A DNA stretch of 63,980 bases, filler included, from Octopus bimaculoides (Eukaryota), in assembly GCF_001194135.2 (NCBI RefSeq). It is 9 parts of 8 records of this genome, joined end to end, with 100 filler letters (N's around TTAATTAATTAA, not from the genome) between each part and the next. Parts side by side here need not be neighbours in the genome. Positions count along the whole stretch, not along the records: positions 35,798 to 41,561 come from NC_068982.1; positions 41,662 to 54,242 come from NC_068996.1; 7 more parts are not named here. One strand, given 5' to 3'. The translations under genes and the position numbers were made by a program. The notes below the pieces were generated by a model, which was not told the origin of the DNA, did not search any database, and saw nothing but the letters and a program-made list of their open reading frames with translations. Below are positions 37,291 to 50,914 of the stretch, piece by piece. The first letter of the stretch is position 1; every line of letters begins with the position of its first letter.

Positions 37291-38224
37291 TACACATATA
37301 TTGTACTTTGTTATTTTTTTATTCCACCTAATGAGATGCCATCGATTTTCGCCTAAAGAATCTAGTAGCAACGAAATATTGCATGCATCACACTCAATTC
37401 TCTCTCCTTCTTCGAATTCTTTATTCTCTCACTCTTTCATCCGTTCTTTCACTTTCCTCACACACTCTCCCTGTCATTCGCTTGCCCCTCTTCCTCTCCT
37501 TCACATGCTCCCTCTCACTTCGTACACTTTACCCTTTTTTCATTTCGTAACACTCCGTGTCTCTACATACACACGTATACACACTCACGCACACAAACAC
37601 ACTCACACATGTACACAAACATATATATATGTACATACCTACATATATGTGTGCGTGCGTATATATATATATATATATATACACACACATATATATACAT
37701 ACACACACATTTACACACGCACACAGATACACATATATACACTCACATAGCCGTGTGTTCGTATTAATTTCTTTGTGTAATTAAATATCTGTGTCTTTCC
37801 TTCTTTCTTTCTTTCTCCGTCACTCTCTCTCCCTCTCTCTCTCTCTCTCTTTCTCCTATATCTTGTACATCTGTATAATTTTAAATACTTTTCTCCTACC
37901 CCTCTTTCTCTCCATCTTCTTCCACACTGTCGGTCCGACAATCTCTACTTACGAAAAGGTATTGTGTATATATACATATTTCCTTAATCTCTCTCTCCCT
38001 CTCTCTCTCTCTTTCTCTATTTATCTATCAGCTTCTCTTTCTCCCTATTACACATTCCGTAACTTTTCTCAGTCTCTTTTTTCTGTTTTACTTATGTTTC
38101 TCGGCCTTTCTTTCTCCACACACACACACAAACGTACATATACATAAATATATACATACATACATACACTCACGTACACACACGCAAAACACACTATATA
38201 TAAAACACACACACACTATATATA

Positions 38225-38263
<39 letters not shown>

Positions 38264-38273
38264 NNNNNNNNNN

Positions 38274-38309
<36 letters not shown>

Positions 38310-38388
38310 TTTCTCAAACACATTCAAATCTGAGTCTGCAAGTCTTTACTCGAAATTTCTAATCCTTGATCATGAATGCATATACACA

Positions 38389-38425
<37 letters not shown>

Positions 38426-39049
38426 ATAGAATATAAAGGTGGTGTAAAGCGTGACATGTACTGAGAATTTGAATTCAGTAGTAGGTTTCACACACCACAC
38501 CTATAACCACGGCTGTACGATGCGGGGCATCAAATCACAGGATTGGCTACTTTATGGAATATGAGCCACCTAATAGTAATAATAATGCATAGAAAACAAT
38601 TGTGGTGTTTCGTTTTATAAGAATAGTGTTAGCAAACTCCGGTGAGGTGTTTAACTAGATTATATAAAGATTTAATGATTATGTAATCATGGCTGCTGTT
38701 TGTGGAAACAAGTGTAGATTTTATAAAGTATAAAATGGCATGTTTTCTGTAGTCCGTTAATACAGCTTTGCTGTATATACGTACATACACACACATATGT
38801 ATGTATATATACATATATGTATGTGTGTGTGCGTGCGTGCGCGCGCGTGTGTATATTTATGTGTGGGCGCGTGTGTATGTGTGTGCGAGCGCACTGTTTC
38901 TATCTCTATGTATGTATTCGGATAAAGCAGGTTTTGAAAAAATGAGGGGTGTTTAATACAGTGTGTTGACTATATTGCTCATTTAAAAGGAATTCCTTCT
39001 TTCACAATAGAATTTCGCACTTCTGCGGAGATCGGTTGAGAATTTCGGG

Positions 39050-39720
39050 GAAGGTACTTCGGGCTGGTTCATTTCTTTTTAATCTATGTCAATCATTTTC
39101 ATTGATTGCTTTTAATCTCCTTGTGTCCTTTCATTTGTTAATCACAATATTCTGTTTTCATTGGTTATCTTAGCCAATATATCTACTTTGATTTTTAATT
39201 AACGTGCTTTCCATTTTCGTGGTTCATATTACCATTGACCAATTTCGTGTTTGCTCTTCCTTTGCTTGCTGATTTCATAATTGCATCCATTTTAAGAGAA
39301 AATGTCTCACTCTACGTCACTTTACATTGCCAATTCAGTTGATGTCATGCTTTCCCTTGTCGATTGCTTAATCGTATTCTCTTTTGATGAATTTTAACCA
39401 GTTTTTCTGAAGAAGTTTATTCATCGTTTTTCGTAGACCAACTTAATGTCTTGTCAATGCTTGTTGATTATGCTGTCATATCCTGTTTCGTTAGAACTTC
39501 AATTCTGAATATTTCATGACTTACTCTACTGCAAAGCTGATGTCACTAAATATTCAGTTCATATACTCTTTTGCAGTTTTGTATGTAATGTATGGTTTCT
39601 GTAAATAGTTACTCTTCTTTGTGGATTATTTTGTTGGTTATTCTACTGCAGTGTCCAGTTTGTAGTTGCATCCCTACACTGATTTTTCTGGACCATTTCT
39701 TAAAGATTTATTCAGTCACA
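39050..39720 (-). mobile_element. Probable highly decayed R4/Dong N-terminal region
   Basis: Coding-like purine-rich minus strand with a remnant resembling the PxWKxRL..KI motif; riddled with stops. Confidence 0.35.
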
Positions 39721-39759
39721 TGTCAAAATTTTAAAAAAAAACGAACATTTTTATGATTT

Positions 39760-40570
39760 TATTCTTACGATGCTACAATGAATCAGGCACATTATAAGTA
39801 GTATCATTATACATACTAGAAAGCTAAAAAAATTTATCCAACCAATATTCAGTAGAACTATTCTCAGAGGAGAAAATAAACTTTCCTCATAAACGCGGAC
39901 CAGCACAAATTCAACACATTCAGAAAAAATATCTAAAAAATGGCCACATCGAGAGCAACTTCAAAAAAAAAATCATCCTCACAAACCTAACTATAGGAAA
40001 GCATCACATTTTAGTGTCGTTGTAGACAAACTCTAACCGCATACTTTATTGTGACTGTCATCCTCCTTATAAACCAGAAAATCTTTAAACTATCATCAGA
40101 TTGAATAACATTATGCCAAATACATTCTACAATGAGGTCAATAAGCGAGTATTTCGAAGAAAAATTGGAATACATAACCAAAGCAACACAAGTGAATTAC
40201 ATATAAAAAATGATAAGAAAACCTTCATCTGGTTTAATCCACCTTGAAACAACTATATTGAAAACTGTAGAAGTAAACGTCATAACATTAATCACCAAAA
40301 TACTTCCCAGTCCAAATTCGGACACAAAAAATAGATTCGTTCTGCAATATTCACGAGAAAAATGTTATCTGTTGAAGAACATTGGAACTTATGGAAGATT
40401 ATTATGAATAGAAAAAGAAACATAGCTGTAATGTATGTCATCCCTCAAATATATATTTACGGGACATGCAACCGGTGCACCTCAGAGAGACAGTCAAGAA
40501 TTACAAAATGCAGAGATGTCAGGCTGCAAACTGCTGAACAAATTTATTATTCAAAACTTGAGTGAACTGC
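39760..40570 (+). mobile_element. Decayed Neptune-type PLE fragment
   Basis: Remnants CHPPYKPENL and KTFIWFNPP; heavily disrupted. Confidence 0.55.
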
Positions 40571-40609
40571 AAATAAGTTAAACATTCTGTGACACAACAG
40601 CAGCGGAAA

Positions 40610-40975
40610 TTTTTGTAATTGATCTCATTTCTTAATTGGAGCTATATTTTATCGATCTCGAAAAGATGAAAAGCAAAGTTCATTTTAGCGAGGTTTGAAC
40701 CGAGAACGCATAAAAGTGGAAGTGCCGTAAAGTATTTTATCGGTCGCACGAACGATTCTCCAGCTCGATACCTTTTTAAATAAAAACTATAATCTCAAAT
40801 TTTGGATACAAGGCTAGAAATTTTAAGTGGAGGGTTAGTATGGACCATTGACCTCAGATTTGACTGGTTTTCTATTTTAACGACCGGAGGAGGGAGGATA
40901 AAAGGCAAAGTTTACTGCGGTAGCATTTGAACTCAGAATGTAAACTCCCGCGCTAACGATTCTGTCGCTACAGGA
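40610..40975 (-). mobile_element. Two degenerate family A SINEs
   Basis: aaaagatgaaaagcaaagt and ggataaaaggcaaagt...tttgaactcagaa, reverse complements of the family A core. Confidence 0.65.
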
Positions 40976-41301
40976 ACATGAGATGATGGGGATTTAAGAA
41001 ATAGCATTTGTTGACGAAATTGACACTAGTTCTTCATTCGGACTTCCTTTCATTAACTTAGAGTAATCTGAAGGCGCTCCACTTTATGCATGTCACTTTT
41101 CTATAAAACCTATTGTTGCCTATCCTCTGAGTTGAATTTCCTTACAGACAGCAATTCCATTAAATATGTTATATCAGGATAAATCCGTCAGTAACTGGCC
41201 TATGAACAGTGTCGATACATTAAGCATGCTAACATAGATGAATATGTATATATGTACACACACACACACAGACTTTCTCTCTCTCACACACTCACAGACT
41301 T

Positions 41302-41339
<38 letters not shown>

Positions 41340-41729
41340 ACAGGCGCGCGCACACACACACATACAGGCGCGTGCACACACACACACACACAGGCGCGCA
41401 CACACACACACACAGGCGCGCGCACAAACACACGCATATTCTGTTCTTTTCTCTGTATCTTCCTCTCAACATCTTTTTCTCACCTCATTCTTTTCTGTAA
41501 AAGAACATAGGCACAAAGCATCAAAGACTTCCACTTTTCCTCAGCGTCAAACTGACACACCNNNNNNNNNNNNNNNNNNNNNNNNNNNNNNNNNNNNNNN
41601 NNNNNTTAATTAATTAANNNNNNNNNNNNNNNNNNNNNNNNNNNNNNNNNNNNNNNNNNNNTGTATATATGTATATGAGATTTATATATATATATACACA
41701 CACACAGACTCAACAATGCATATAATTAG

Positions 41730-41778
<49 letters not shown>

Positions 41779-42540
41779 AATAAAACAAGCAGCTTTACGT
41801 GTCCTCCCCTAAACAAAGTAGACATTGACAAGCAGACAGTTCGAACGAACAAGCCGCATGTTTTTCTGTTTTCTCTGAAAGAAAAAAATATTGTGAACAG
41901 TAAAAGAAGAGGTAAAATACGTTGCCAACATACAGTGGTAGGACATAAAATGAACAAATTATTTTAGATCGTGAAGTCAATAAAACTGTATTACAATAAA
42001 CATTAACGTTAAGAAAATAAATTCAGCAAGTTGTCTACCTGTTGTCTGCCATCACTGCCTTCTTTAGTCTAGGAGATACACTAAACGGGGAGATAACTCA
42101 GCGTACTCACCGTACACAGTCCTTGGGCTTTTCAATTATACTTTAATTATCTTTTTACCCTTCATTACTATTTTATCGCCTTTAAACATGTAATAATTCT
42201 CATTCGTATTATCTGTTTATTTGAAACAATAGCTTTCGCTGTAGTTTGATCAGTTTCAACAATCATTTCAAATAGATAAGTTTTCCCAGCCCCTCTTTTG
42301 TATTTCGTTGATAACAAAATAATACATCCAGGTTTAAAGGTACCCGTACTTGGCTAATCATCGGAGTTTAGATTTTATGGGTTTTCTTTAGAAAAGCTAT
42401 GAAAAGATGGTTAATTTATTCCGTTCAAAAATAAATAGACAGAGAGATAGATAAACTGATAGATATCGCGATTAAAGGAAAATGTGTAGATGAAGTTTGC
42501 AGATGTCCTTCATGTTAACATCAATATTGTGTTGTCAAAT

Positions 42541-42760
42541 AAGGTGACGAGCTGACGGAATCGTTACCACGCTGGAGGAAAATGCTTAGCGGCATTTCTT
42601 CCAACTGTACGTTCTGAGTTCAAATGCCACTGCGGTCCACTTTAGCTTTCGGGATCGATAAAATAAGTACCAGTTGAACACTGGGGTTCATGAAATCGAC
42701 TTAATCCCTCCCACGAAATGGCTGGTCTTGTGCCAAAATTTGAAATCAATATTGTGTTGT
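42541..42760 (+). mobile_element. Family A SINE
   Basis: ggtgacgagctgacggaatcgtt...gagttcaaat...gatcgataaaataagtaccag. Confidence 0.8.
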
Positions 42761-43817
42761 CAAAGATATTCCGTACGATATTTTTTCGTTTTTCTTTTTG
42801 TTTGATTGGGGGAGGGGGTAGCAAACGTAGTTACGAAGATATGAAAGCAAAATACGTAAAAACGAGTTGTTTACTTCATTCTTTAGACACAGTATATTCT
42901 ATATGATCCTAGGTCAATTGTGATATGATCAAAGACGTTCGATCCAGGATCGTCCCGTCTTTTCCTTTACTTTTTTCATTCAAATATCTATGATTGACAA
43001 TAAGGTATTATTTCTAGCAGGTAAAAAATGAAACCAGTGGTTCTCAATTTTTTACATTGCAGTACAGAGGAAATCCCTATGGATCTTCCTCTGTTCACCT
43101 CTATGTCTGCTTTTTTTTTTTTGCGTTTTGCTTTACTCAGTGTACTATGTATGTACTTTCGGTTTTCATCGTTGTCTTCCTCTACTTAATTGTTGCTTGT
43201 TGCACCACCACCACCACACCACCATTGTGAACCATTTTCGAGGTGTTGTAATGCACCTGTATGCAATAAGCTCATTATTTAAAATACTGGCGCACTTTCG
43301 AAATTAAAAACATTCCCGACTCTCTACGCATAGGAATTTTTTTTTTAATAACCTATTTTATGTGAAGTTCTTTTTTTTTAAGAATCTATTTTAAAATCAA
43401 AAATTTAGAAAAAATTATGTTTTTAAAGTATTGCTTACCTTGTATTATTAATCATATTTGTATACAACAAAACTAAGAACAACACATTTTTCAAAACGCT
43501 CAACCATTTAGCACATAGATATTCTTAAATCATAAATTACATTTTTGAAATCCGCGGCGCATGTAGATACACCTTGCAGGGCATCAGTGTGCCGCTGGGC
43601 ACTGTTTGTGAATCTCTGGCGAAGGTCGCCTCCCCCGTAAATTCATACAAACTGCTGCTTTTACAGAGTCGTTCCGAGGTATCCTGTAGTACAGGCTTTT
43701 GAATTAGGAAGAGTTTTAAAATTGGAAATAAAAGGTCTGATTCTTTTACGCATGCGTGGATTTACGCGCGCAGGCGCACACCTGTGTGTGCGGATGCGCG
43801 AAAACGTGCAACTTTCT

Positions 43818-43990
43818 AAAGGTGTTCCAACCGTGACCAATCCGCACTACAAAAGCATTCCGAACGTAACCATCCCGCCTTTCAAAAGTGTTCCGATCGT
43901 CACCATCCCGTTTTCTTTTTTTCAAGGTGTTCCAAACGCGACCATTCACTTTTTTTAAAAGCGTTCCATTTATGACCACCCCGTCTTTTT
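43818..43990 (+). repeat. Five-unit tandem array, ~33-39 bp period (AAAGYRTTCCRNNCGTRACCATCCCG consensus)
   Basis: Units start at ~43818, 43851, 43884, 43923 and 43957, separated by T-rich linkers. Confidence 0.85.
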
Positions 43991-44371
43991 TTAAAACTTT
44001 AGGTAATGTACTTCCGGAAAAAATAGTTGAAAAAAAAAAGCAACGAAGAATGCTCATCTGCAGAATTCCTTCAATGACAAGTCTACTATATCAGAGCCGT
44101 CCTGGGGCTAAACAACTAACATCAGATGCGCACGCGCGCGTATGTGTGTGTGTGTGTGTGTGTGTGCGTGCGTCTGTGTACTTCTGTCACTCAGTGTGCA
44201 GCTCCATTTCTCGTCAATACACATAATTCGTTGTTAAATTTACATACCTACACAAGTGTGCCTACCCTATCGACTTAGTTTCTTCATAACTTTTCAGGAA
44301 AAATGAATAATCTTTTTAAATACGCTGAAAATAGTACAGATTACGATTATATCGAAATATGTTGTGTAAAA

Positions 44372-44715
44372 GGCAGCGAGCTGGCAGAAACGTTAACACA
44401 CCGACGTCGACTTTGCCATTCATCCTTTCAGGGTCGATAAATTAAGTATCAGTTACGTACTGGGGTCGATGTAATCGACTTAGTCCTTCTGTCTGTCCTT
44501 GTTTGTCCCCTCTATGTTTGGCCCTTTGTGGGCAATAAAGAGATAAGAAACGTTAACACGCCGGGCAAAATGCTTAGCGGTATTTCGTCTGTCTTTATGT
44601 TCTAAGTTCAAATTCTGCCGAGGTCGACTTTGCCTTTTGGAGTCGTGGGGTCGATCTAATCGACTGGCCCCCACTCCCCAAAAATTTTGGGCCTTGTGCC
44701 TAAAGTAGAAAAGGA
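44372..44715 (+). mobile_element. Family A dimeric SINE with internal deletions
   Basis: Same linker and modules as 1027-1523. Confidence 0.85.
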
Positions 44716-44804
44716 ATATGTGGCGTAAAAGGTTTTCCGATAGTAGGGAGAAGCGTTTCAGAAAATTCACACAAATAGGCTTTTAGAAAAATGGATACTC
44801 TCTT

Positions 44805-44994
44805 TTTACTCTTTTACTTGTTTCAGTCATTTGACTGTGGCCATGCTGGAGCACCGCCTTTAGTCGAGTAAATCGACCCCAGGACCTATTCTTTGTAAGC
44901 CTAGTACTTATTCTATCGGTCTCTTTTTGCCGAACCTCTAGGTTACGGGGACGTAAACACACCAGTATCGGTTGTCAAGCGATGTTGGAGGGAC

Positions 44995-45027
<33 letters not shown>

Positions 45028-45200
45028 CATATATACGACTGGCTTCTTTCAGTTTCCGTCTACCAAATCCACTCACAAGGCTTTTGTTGGCTCGAGGCTA
45101 TAGTAGAAGACACTTGCCTAAGATGCCACGCAGTGGGACTGAACCCGGGACCATGTGGTTGGTAAGTAAGCTACTTACCTAACAGCCACTCCTGCGCCTA
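44805..45200 (-). mobile_element. Family B composite SINE (well preserved)
   Basis: Full reverse complement of the 29915-30320 architecture. Confidence 0.9.
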
Positions 45201-45588
45201 TAGTTTATTTTATTTACTTACTTATTTATTTATTTTTGCGAAACTTTTTACAAATAACTATCAGAATGTGTAGATTACAATTATATCGGAAGTTAATATG
45301 AAAAAAAAAAGTAGATTTGTACGTACACTTTCTTTCGAAATTTCAAGTTTTACTTTGTAGATATATAAGTGTGTCAGTACGTTTTCTCTTTTCATTATAA
45401 ATTCCGATATAATCATAATCTATACAATCTGAAAGGTATTTGTAAGAAATTTCATAAAAATTTATCCATTTTTGTGGATAAATTCCGGGCAAGTGTCTCC
45501 TACTATAGCCCTATAGCATCGGACCGAGCAAAGCCTTGTAAGTGGACTTGGCAGATGGAAAATAAATGAAGTCCGTCGTATATATATA

Positions 45589-46077
45589 CACAGACATGAC
45601 AGAAGTAGACACACTTATAATCATTAAAATTCATTTAAATCTGAAATTATACATTAAAATTATTTATTGACTGTTATAATGTGAATATTTAATATTTAGT
45701 AGGCATGCCCTTTGCATTTTTCAATACAAGGACCCTATTAGGCATGTTACTGATCAGATGACGAATATTCCCTTGCAGAATTTCTTGCCAAGTTTCATGC
45801 AGTAATCTCAAAAGATCTGGCTTTGAAGATGCGTTCTTGTACTTTTTATGAAGTGTCCTGTCCAATATATCCTAGAAATGTTCCATAGGGTTCATATCTA
45901 GTGACTGGTTTTGGCCATAGAAGCTTTTTAATGTCATTCTCATCCAACAAATCTTGGGTAATTTTAGCCGTGTGACAAAGATCCCCATCTTCCATAAATA
46001 AAGAGTTTTTTTAATCATTTCACCACTGGAGAAGGTTGGAAGGAGTCCTTTATGCAATCTGGACAAATATTTATTTG
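45589..46077 (-). mobile_element. Tc1 (DD34E) transposase 3' fragment with terminus
   Basis: FMEDGDLCHTAK...LW..QSLDMNPMEHFW...NAKGMPTKY; the terminus abuts a TA run at ~45588. Confidence 0.75.
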
Positions 46078-46329
46078 NNNNNNNNNNNNNNNNNNNNNNN
46101 NNNNNNNNNNNNNNNNNNNNNNNNNNNNNNNNNNNNNNNNNNNNNNNNNNNNNNNNNNNNNNNNNNNNNNNNNNNNNNNNNNNNNNNNNNNNNNNNNNNN
46201 NNNNNNNNNNNNNNNNNNNNNNNNNNNNNNNNNNNNNNNNNNNNNNNNNNNNNNNNNNNNNNNNNNNNTATATGTATGTATGTATGTATGTGTGTGTTTA
46301 TGTATGTATGTATGTATTTATGTGTCTGT

Positions 46330-46765
46330 GTTTGTTCCCTCCACCACCACTGTCGTTTGACAATCGACGTTGGTGTGTTTACATCCCCGACACATAGCAG
46401 TTCGGCAATAGAAACCGATAGAATAAGTATTAGGGTTACAAAGAATAAGTCCCGGGTTCAAGTTTTTCCACTAAAGGCGGTGCTCCAGCATGGCCGCAGT
46501 CAAATGACTGAAACAAGTAAAAGAATATAGTATGCACTATTTATTCAGCTTTTCAGGAAAGTTATTTTACAATCAAACTGTAAAATTTCAAGTTTTGGCA
46601 CAAGGCCAGCAATTTCGAGCGAAATTAATTACATTGACGTCGATTACATTGACGCCAGTACTCAACTGCTACTCATTTTTATTGAATTCAGAACGTAAAG
46701 ACGAACGAAATGCCGCTAAGCATTTTACTCGGCGTGCTAACGATTCTGCCAGCTCGCCGCCTTAT
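46330..46765. mobile_element. Family B tail module (+) and family A SINE (-)
   Basis: ccaccaccactgtcg...atggccgcagtcaaatgactgaaac, then gaattcagaacgtaaagac...ctgccagctcgccgcc. Confidence 0.8.
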
Positions 46766-46903
46766 TCTAAAATCAAATATTAATGTGTTTTTGATGAGGT
46801 GTATGATCAGTGTAGTCGGTTTAATGTATTCCCAGTCAATGTCACTTATTCTAATTCTTTTCGTGTAGGGTTGAAACTAATCAGTTGAAATTAAAACCAT
46901 AAA

Positions 46904-47319
46904 TTTATTATAATAAATGCAAAATTCTGTCTGTCTGTCTGTCTGACTGACTGACTGGGACGCCTGCATCTCAGTCTACATTTGCTCTACATAGACATAT
47001 TATACCTTTTTGGAATCAGGATGATCCCAGGATTGAAAATTTGCCCTTCACTTGGTTCTTGAACATCCAACATTGGCATCAGGTTTGGATGAGGATTTGT
47101 TATATGCTAACAGTTGCAAATTCAAATTTTAAAAGAACTCCAAAAGTTTGTTAATTTAAAAAGCTTTTCATTTAGACTAAATTTAAAGTAATACCATATT
47201 GGCAGGTACCAATAAATGCTTATTATTATTGCTGTATTTAGATTCTGGACCGCAATTCCAGTTAATCCTCTGCAGGAGCTAGCTCAAAAGTTCGCAACGG
47301 AGTGCGGCTTATAAGCTAG
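46904..47319 (+). mobile_element. Non-autonomous Helitron-like element
   Basis: 5' tataataaatgcaaaattc(tgtc)n; 3' gcaacggagtgcggc...CTAG followed by T. Confidence 0.6.
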
Positions 47320-48049
47320 TTCAGTAATAAATTGTAGCTTTCCCTCTTGTCAGTCTCGTAAAATCAAATGTCATTTGAAACAACTGTAGCAGATCTCTAT
47401 CTAAAGTTTGAAACCAGGGTTCGTTATTTCCAATAAATTTTTGATATATAAAAAATACACACAAACAAGAAAAAATCGAGCTGATGACCTCGTCGGGAAA
47501 CAAACTAATGACATTCAACAAACACGCATAAGATTCATTGACTGACGTCAGCAAAATAACGCTGACGAAGGTTGTTGATTGCCTTTCAGTCAAATGTAAC
47601 ATAAACTAGGTAGCTCAGCGAGAATTAAGACGGAAGAGAATAGATCAAGTTTAAGTGCAGATCAGCTGGGAGAAAGGATTGAAAGTAGCAATTGTCACAT
47701 GTTCGTGTCAGCTGCCAGGCATTCAACTGTTAACTGCTGCTAGTTTAAGAGTTACAAATTTGAACTGCTGCTAGCTTATGAGTTACAAAATAGCAGACGA
47801 CACTCGCATTCCATTCTCTCTCTCTCTCTCTCTCTCCCCTTCCCTCTCTCTATTTATCTCTCTCTCCCCTAGACAACATTATATTTCTCTCTCTTCCTTA
47901 GACAACACTCTCTTTCACTTGGAGCACTTCGTTTCACTTTATGTCACATTGCTCCAGTCTACTCAGATCGGCAAAGATAAATATTAGGAGCGAGAGAGCG
48001 TTCGGTCAGCGTCAAGTTAGCGTGGCAATGTTAACAAATTAGCAGTATT

Positions 48050-48261
48050 TTTTTTTTATCTTTTACTTTTTTCAGTTATTGGACTGCGGCTATACTGGGC
48101 CACTGCTCTGAAGAGTTTTAGTGGAACAAATCAACCCCAAGACAGATTTCTTTTTTTTAAGCCTGGCACTTATTCTATCGACTTCTTATGCCGAGCCGCT
48201 AAGTTACAGCGACAAACATACCAAGCGGTGGGATGAGGGAGAAACACACGTGCACACAAAT

Positions 48262-48295
<34 letters not shown>

Positions 48296-48620
48296 TTTCC
48301 GCGCGAAAGCTGCGAACGGGCTTCTTTCAGTTTCTATCAATCAAACCCATTCAGACCTTGGTCGGCCTGAGACTATAGTAGAAAACATTTGTCCAGGTAT
48401 CACGCACTGGGACTAAACCTGGAACCAAGTGGTTGGGAAGCAAGCTTATTAACACATAACCAGGGCTTCTTTCAGTTTCCGTCTTCCAAATCCACTCACA
48501 AGGCTTTAGTTAGCCCGTGACTATTGCAGAAGATATTTGCCCAAGGTGCCACACAGTGAGACTGAACTCAGAACCATGTGACTAGGAAGCAAATTTTTTA
48601 CCACACTGCCATGCCTGTGC
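48050..48620 (-). mobile_element. Family B composite SINE plus an extra family B head
   Basis: Tail, (TA)n and head (to ~48450), then a second head 48460-48620. Confidence 0.8.
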
Positions 48621-48673
48621 CTATAATCCAAAGACATTCGGACATGAACAAGGATATGTTTAAGAGTGGACTT

Positions 48674-49110
48674 TATAGGAAAGTTGGTTATACATCATTA
48701 GATGTATACCTGACTTTAATATATAAAATTATGAATATAACGGAACGCTGAACTCCAGACTATCAACTTAAACAACATTTATTCAGGTGGTAAATATATA
48801 CATCTTTAGCTCTTGTTTGTTGTTACAGTTTCTGTGTGTGTGTGCATAGTTGTTGGGACGTTGTTATGTAGATGTAAGCGAGCTGTCGAGCGTAAGACCG
48901 AAAGATGGAGAGTGACAACTAAACACGTCCATGCTCTATTGCTGGCCAGCAAGAAAGAGACTGTCTCCAGAGTTGGAATGTTGGAGACACTGCTTGACAC
49001 GTCCATGCTCATGGCCGGCCGACCGAGAAAGAGATAGAATAGAAGCGGGAACGCTTGGTTGTTTAATTCCACGCATGCGTGAGACTACGCATGCGCACGG
49101 CGTTACTACA
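48674..49110 (-). mobile_element. Solo LTR (TGTAG...CTATA, 437 bp)
   Basis: Near-identical reverse complement of 53826-54237. 4-bp TSD actt/tctt (1 mismatch); contains AATAAA. Confidence 0.85.
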
Positions 49111-49574
49111 TCTTTATCCTTAACTCTTTTTTAATATTACTAAGCTCACCCAGTTATTAATAACTCCAGGTTAGGCTCTTAATATAATCAGAATAATATA
49201 AAAGCCTAGCCCAACGAAAGCACTTCTATGTGGTTATTAGAAATAACGGCCCAATCCAAGAAAAGAACCCATTGGATGTGATCTTGAGTGTTCTGTGATA
49301 AGCAAAATTATTATATGGTCACGACTGGAATGCTTTGATCATAAGTCTTCTCTCTGGGAAGACTTGCGAAATGAAAACAATTGAATTTATAATAATTACT
49401 TGCCGTGTTTACCGTTTTACAAAATCAAACTGGAAAATTGGACAAAACAGAGAACACAACGGAAAAAAATTAAAAAGAAAAAAGAGAAGAAAAAAGAAGA
49501 AAAGATAGAAAAAAAAGAAGGGGAAAAAAACCAAAAGACAATTCACCACCTTGAGTTGAAAAGTTAGGGGCGCT

Positions 49575-50165
49575 GGGAGACCTCTCCAATGGCTATTGAG
49601 ATACGTTAGCATGCTTGCAGCGTTGCTGCGAGTGATGGTGAGGCTGATGAACTGGAACAGCCAAGCGCCCCCACGAGCCTCACCAGTTACCTCTGCAAGG
49701 CGAGTTGCCAGTGAAGTCAGGTATCTCGCAGTTAGTGGTCCGACCCCACCAAACGTCTCGGACACCACAGGATGGAGAATGTAGTTGGCCAACAGATCAC
49801 AGTATTTCAGGATTTTGTTCCGCTCGGCCACAGAAGCTGTGGATTTCGCTCTGAACGCAGCATCCAGGATGTGAGAAGAAGCAAAGGAGTCGCTAACTGT
49901 GACATCCCAGACAAGGCATCTTGCCTTGCGACCAGGGGCACAGGGTGAGGCCGTCAGGTCTCTTCTTATCACATCGGGACAATCCAGATGGTTTCAAGAT
50001 GGAGGGGATGTTTTCCCGGGGCCAAACTTCTCTTGACTATCAGGTTCAACTCCGTATGACGCGCGAAGCAACCAGCATTCAAGCGGCAAGAAAGGCCATG
50101 GAAGCCTGTGGAGTCGAGAAGCCTGCCACAACGACGGATCAAACCCGATTGTTAAAATTGCGTTT
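49575..50165 (-). mobile_element. CRE-clade non-LTR retrotransposon 3' fragment (zinc finger + RLE)
   Basis: LDSTGFHGLSC...[63 protein letters not shown]. Confidence 0.8.
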
Positions 50166-50914
50166 TCATAAATAACAGTAAACGCATTTGGGAATTGGAA
50201 AAAAATTTCAAGATAAACAACGAGTTGTCAAAACGAGATAGGGAACTTCATCGTCGCTCGACCTTACGAGAAACAGGAGCTACACCTCCTTTATATTACA
50301 GCTAACATCTTTAAAAAAAAAAAGAAAACGCAGGACACGTTAGATAATGTAGTAGAGATACTGTCTAGAAAAACGACGAGATTGTCGCTAGTAGTGACTT
50401 TGATCATAATCCGCTGAACCTGAACCTGAACAGAAAAGGAAGAAACTTTATAAATAAAATTAATAAAAATTAGAATAAATTTCAAGGGGACATAACTCTT
50501 ATCAGAAACTACTAATGAACTATTTTCCTGGGTGGCATTAGAAATTGAAAAGATAAAGAAATCCTTGCCTGTTATTAGTCTAAAGTAATCCTGTATTTGC
50601 GAAGGGATCCTTGACTGAAAAAGAGTGCTCAAACGTGCACTACATACTCGAATGTTTCTTTTATAATGTTTCTTCCTTAAATAGCAAAAATTCAGCATTA
50701 ATATCTTTTTTTTTCTTTTTACTCAATGCTATACATTTTACTTCAGGATCTATCATTTATCTTTTACTTGTTTCAATCATTGGGCTGCAAACAAATTATA
50801 TTTGAACTCCACTGTTTTCTAGTCATACTTGAAAATTCGGCAAAGAGTTTGTCACAGAAACACACACGCCCTAATGCGGAGGACATCCACCCAATGGACC
50901 CTTTCCCATTCCTC

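Noticed and set aside
43818-43990. CRISPR-like appearance of the tandem array
   Set aside because: The units are diverged, the linkers are short T-runs rather than unique spacers, there are no cas genes, and the context is eukaryotic.
47478-47510. CTGATGA-cctcgtcgg-GAAAC hammerhead-like match
   Set aside because: Stem III (needs G-U-H after the loop) and stem I cannot form.
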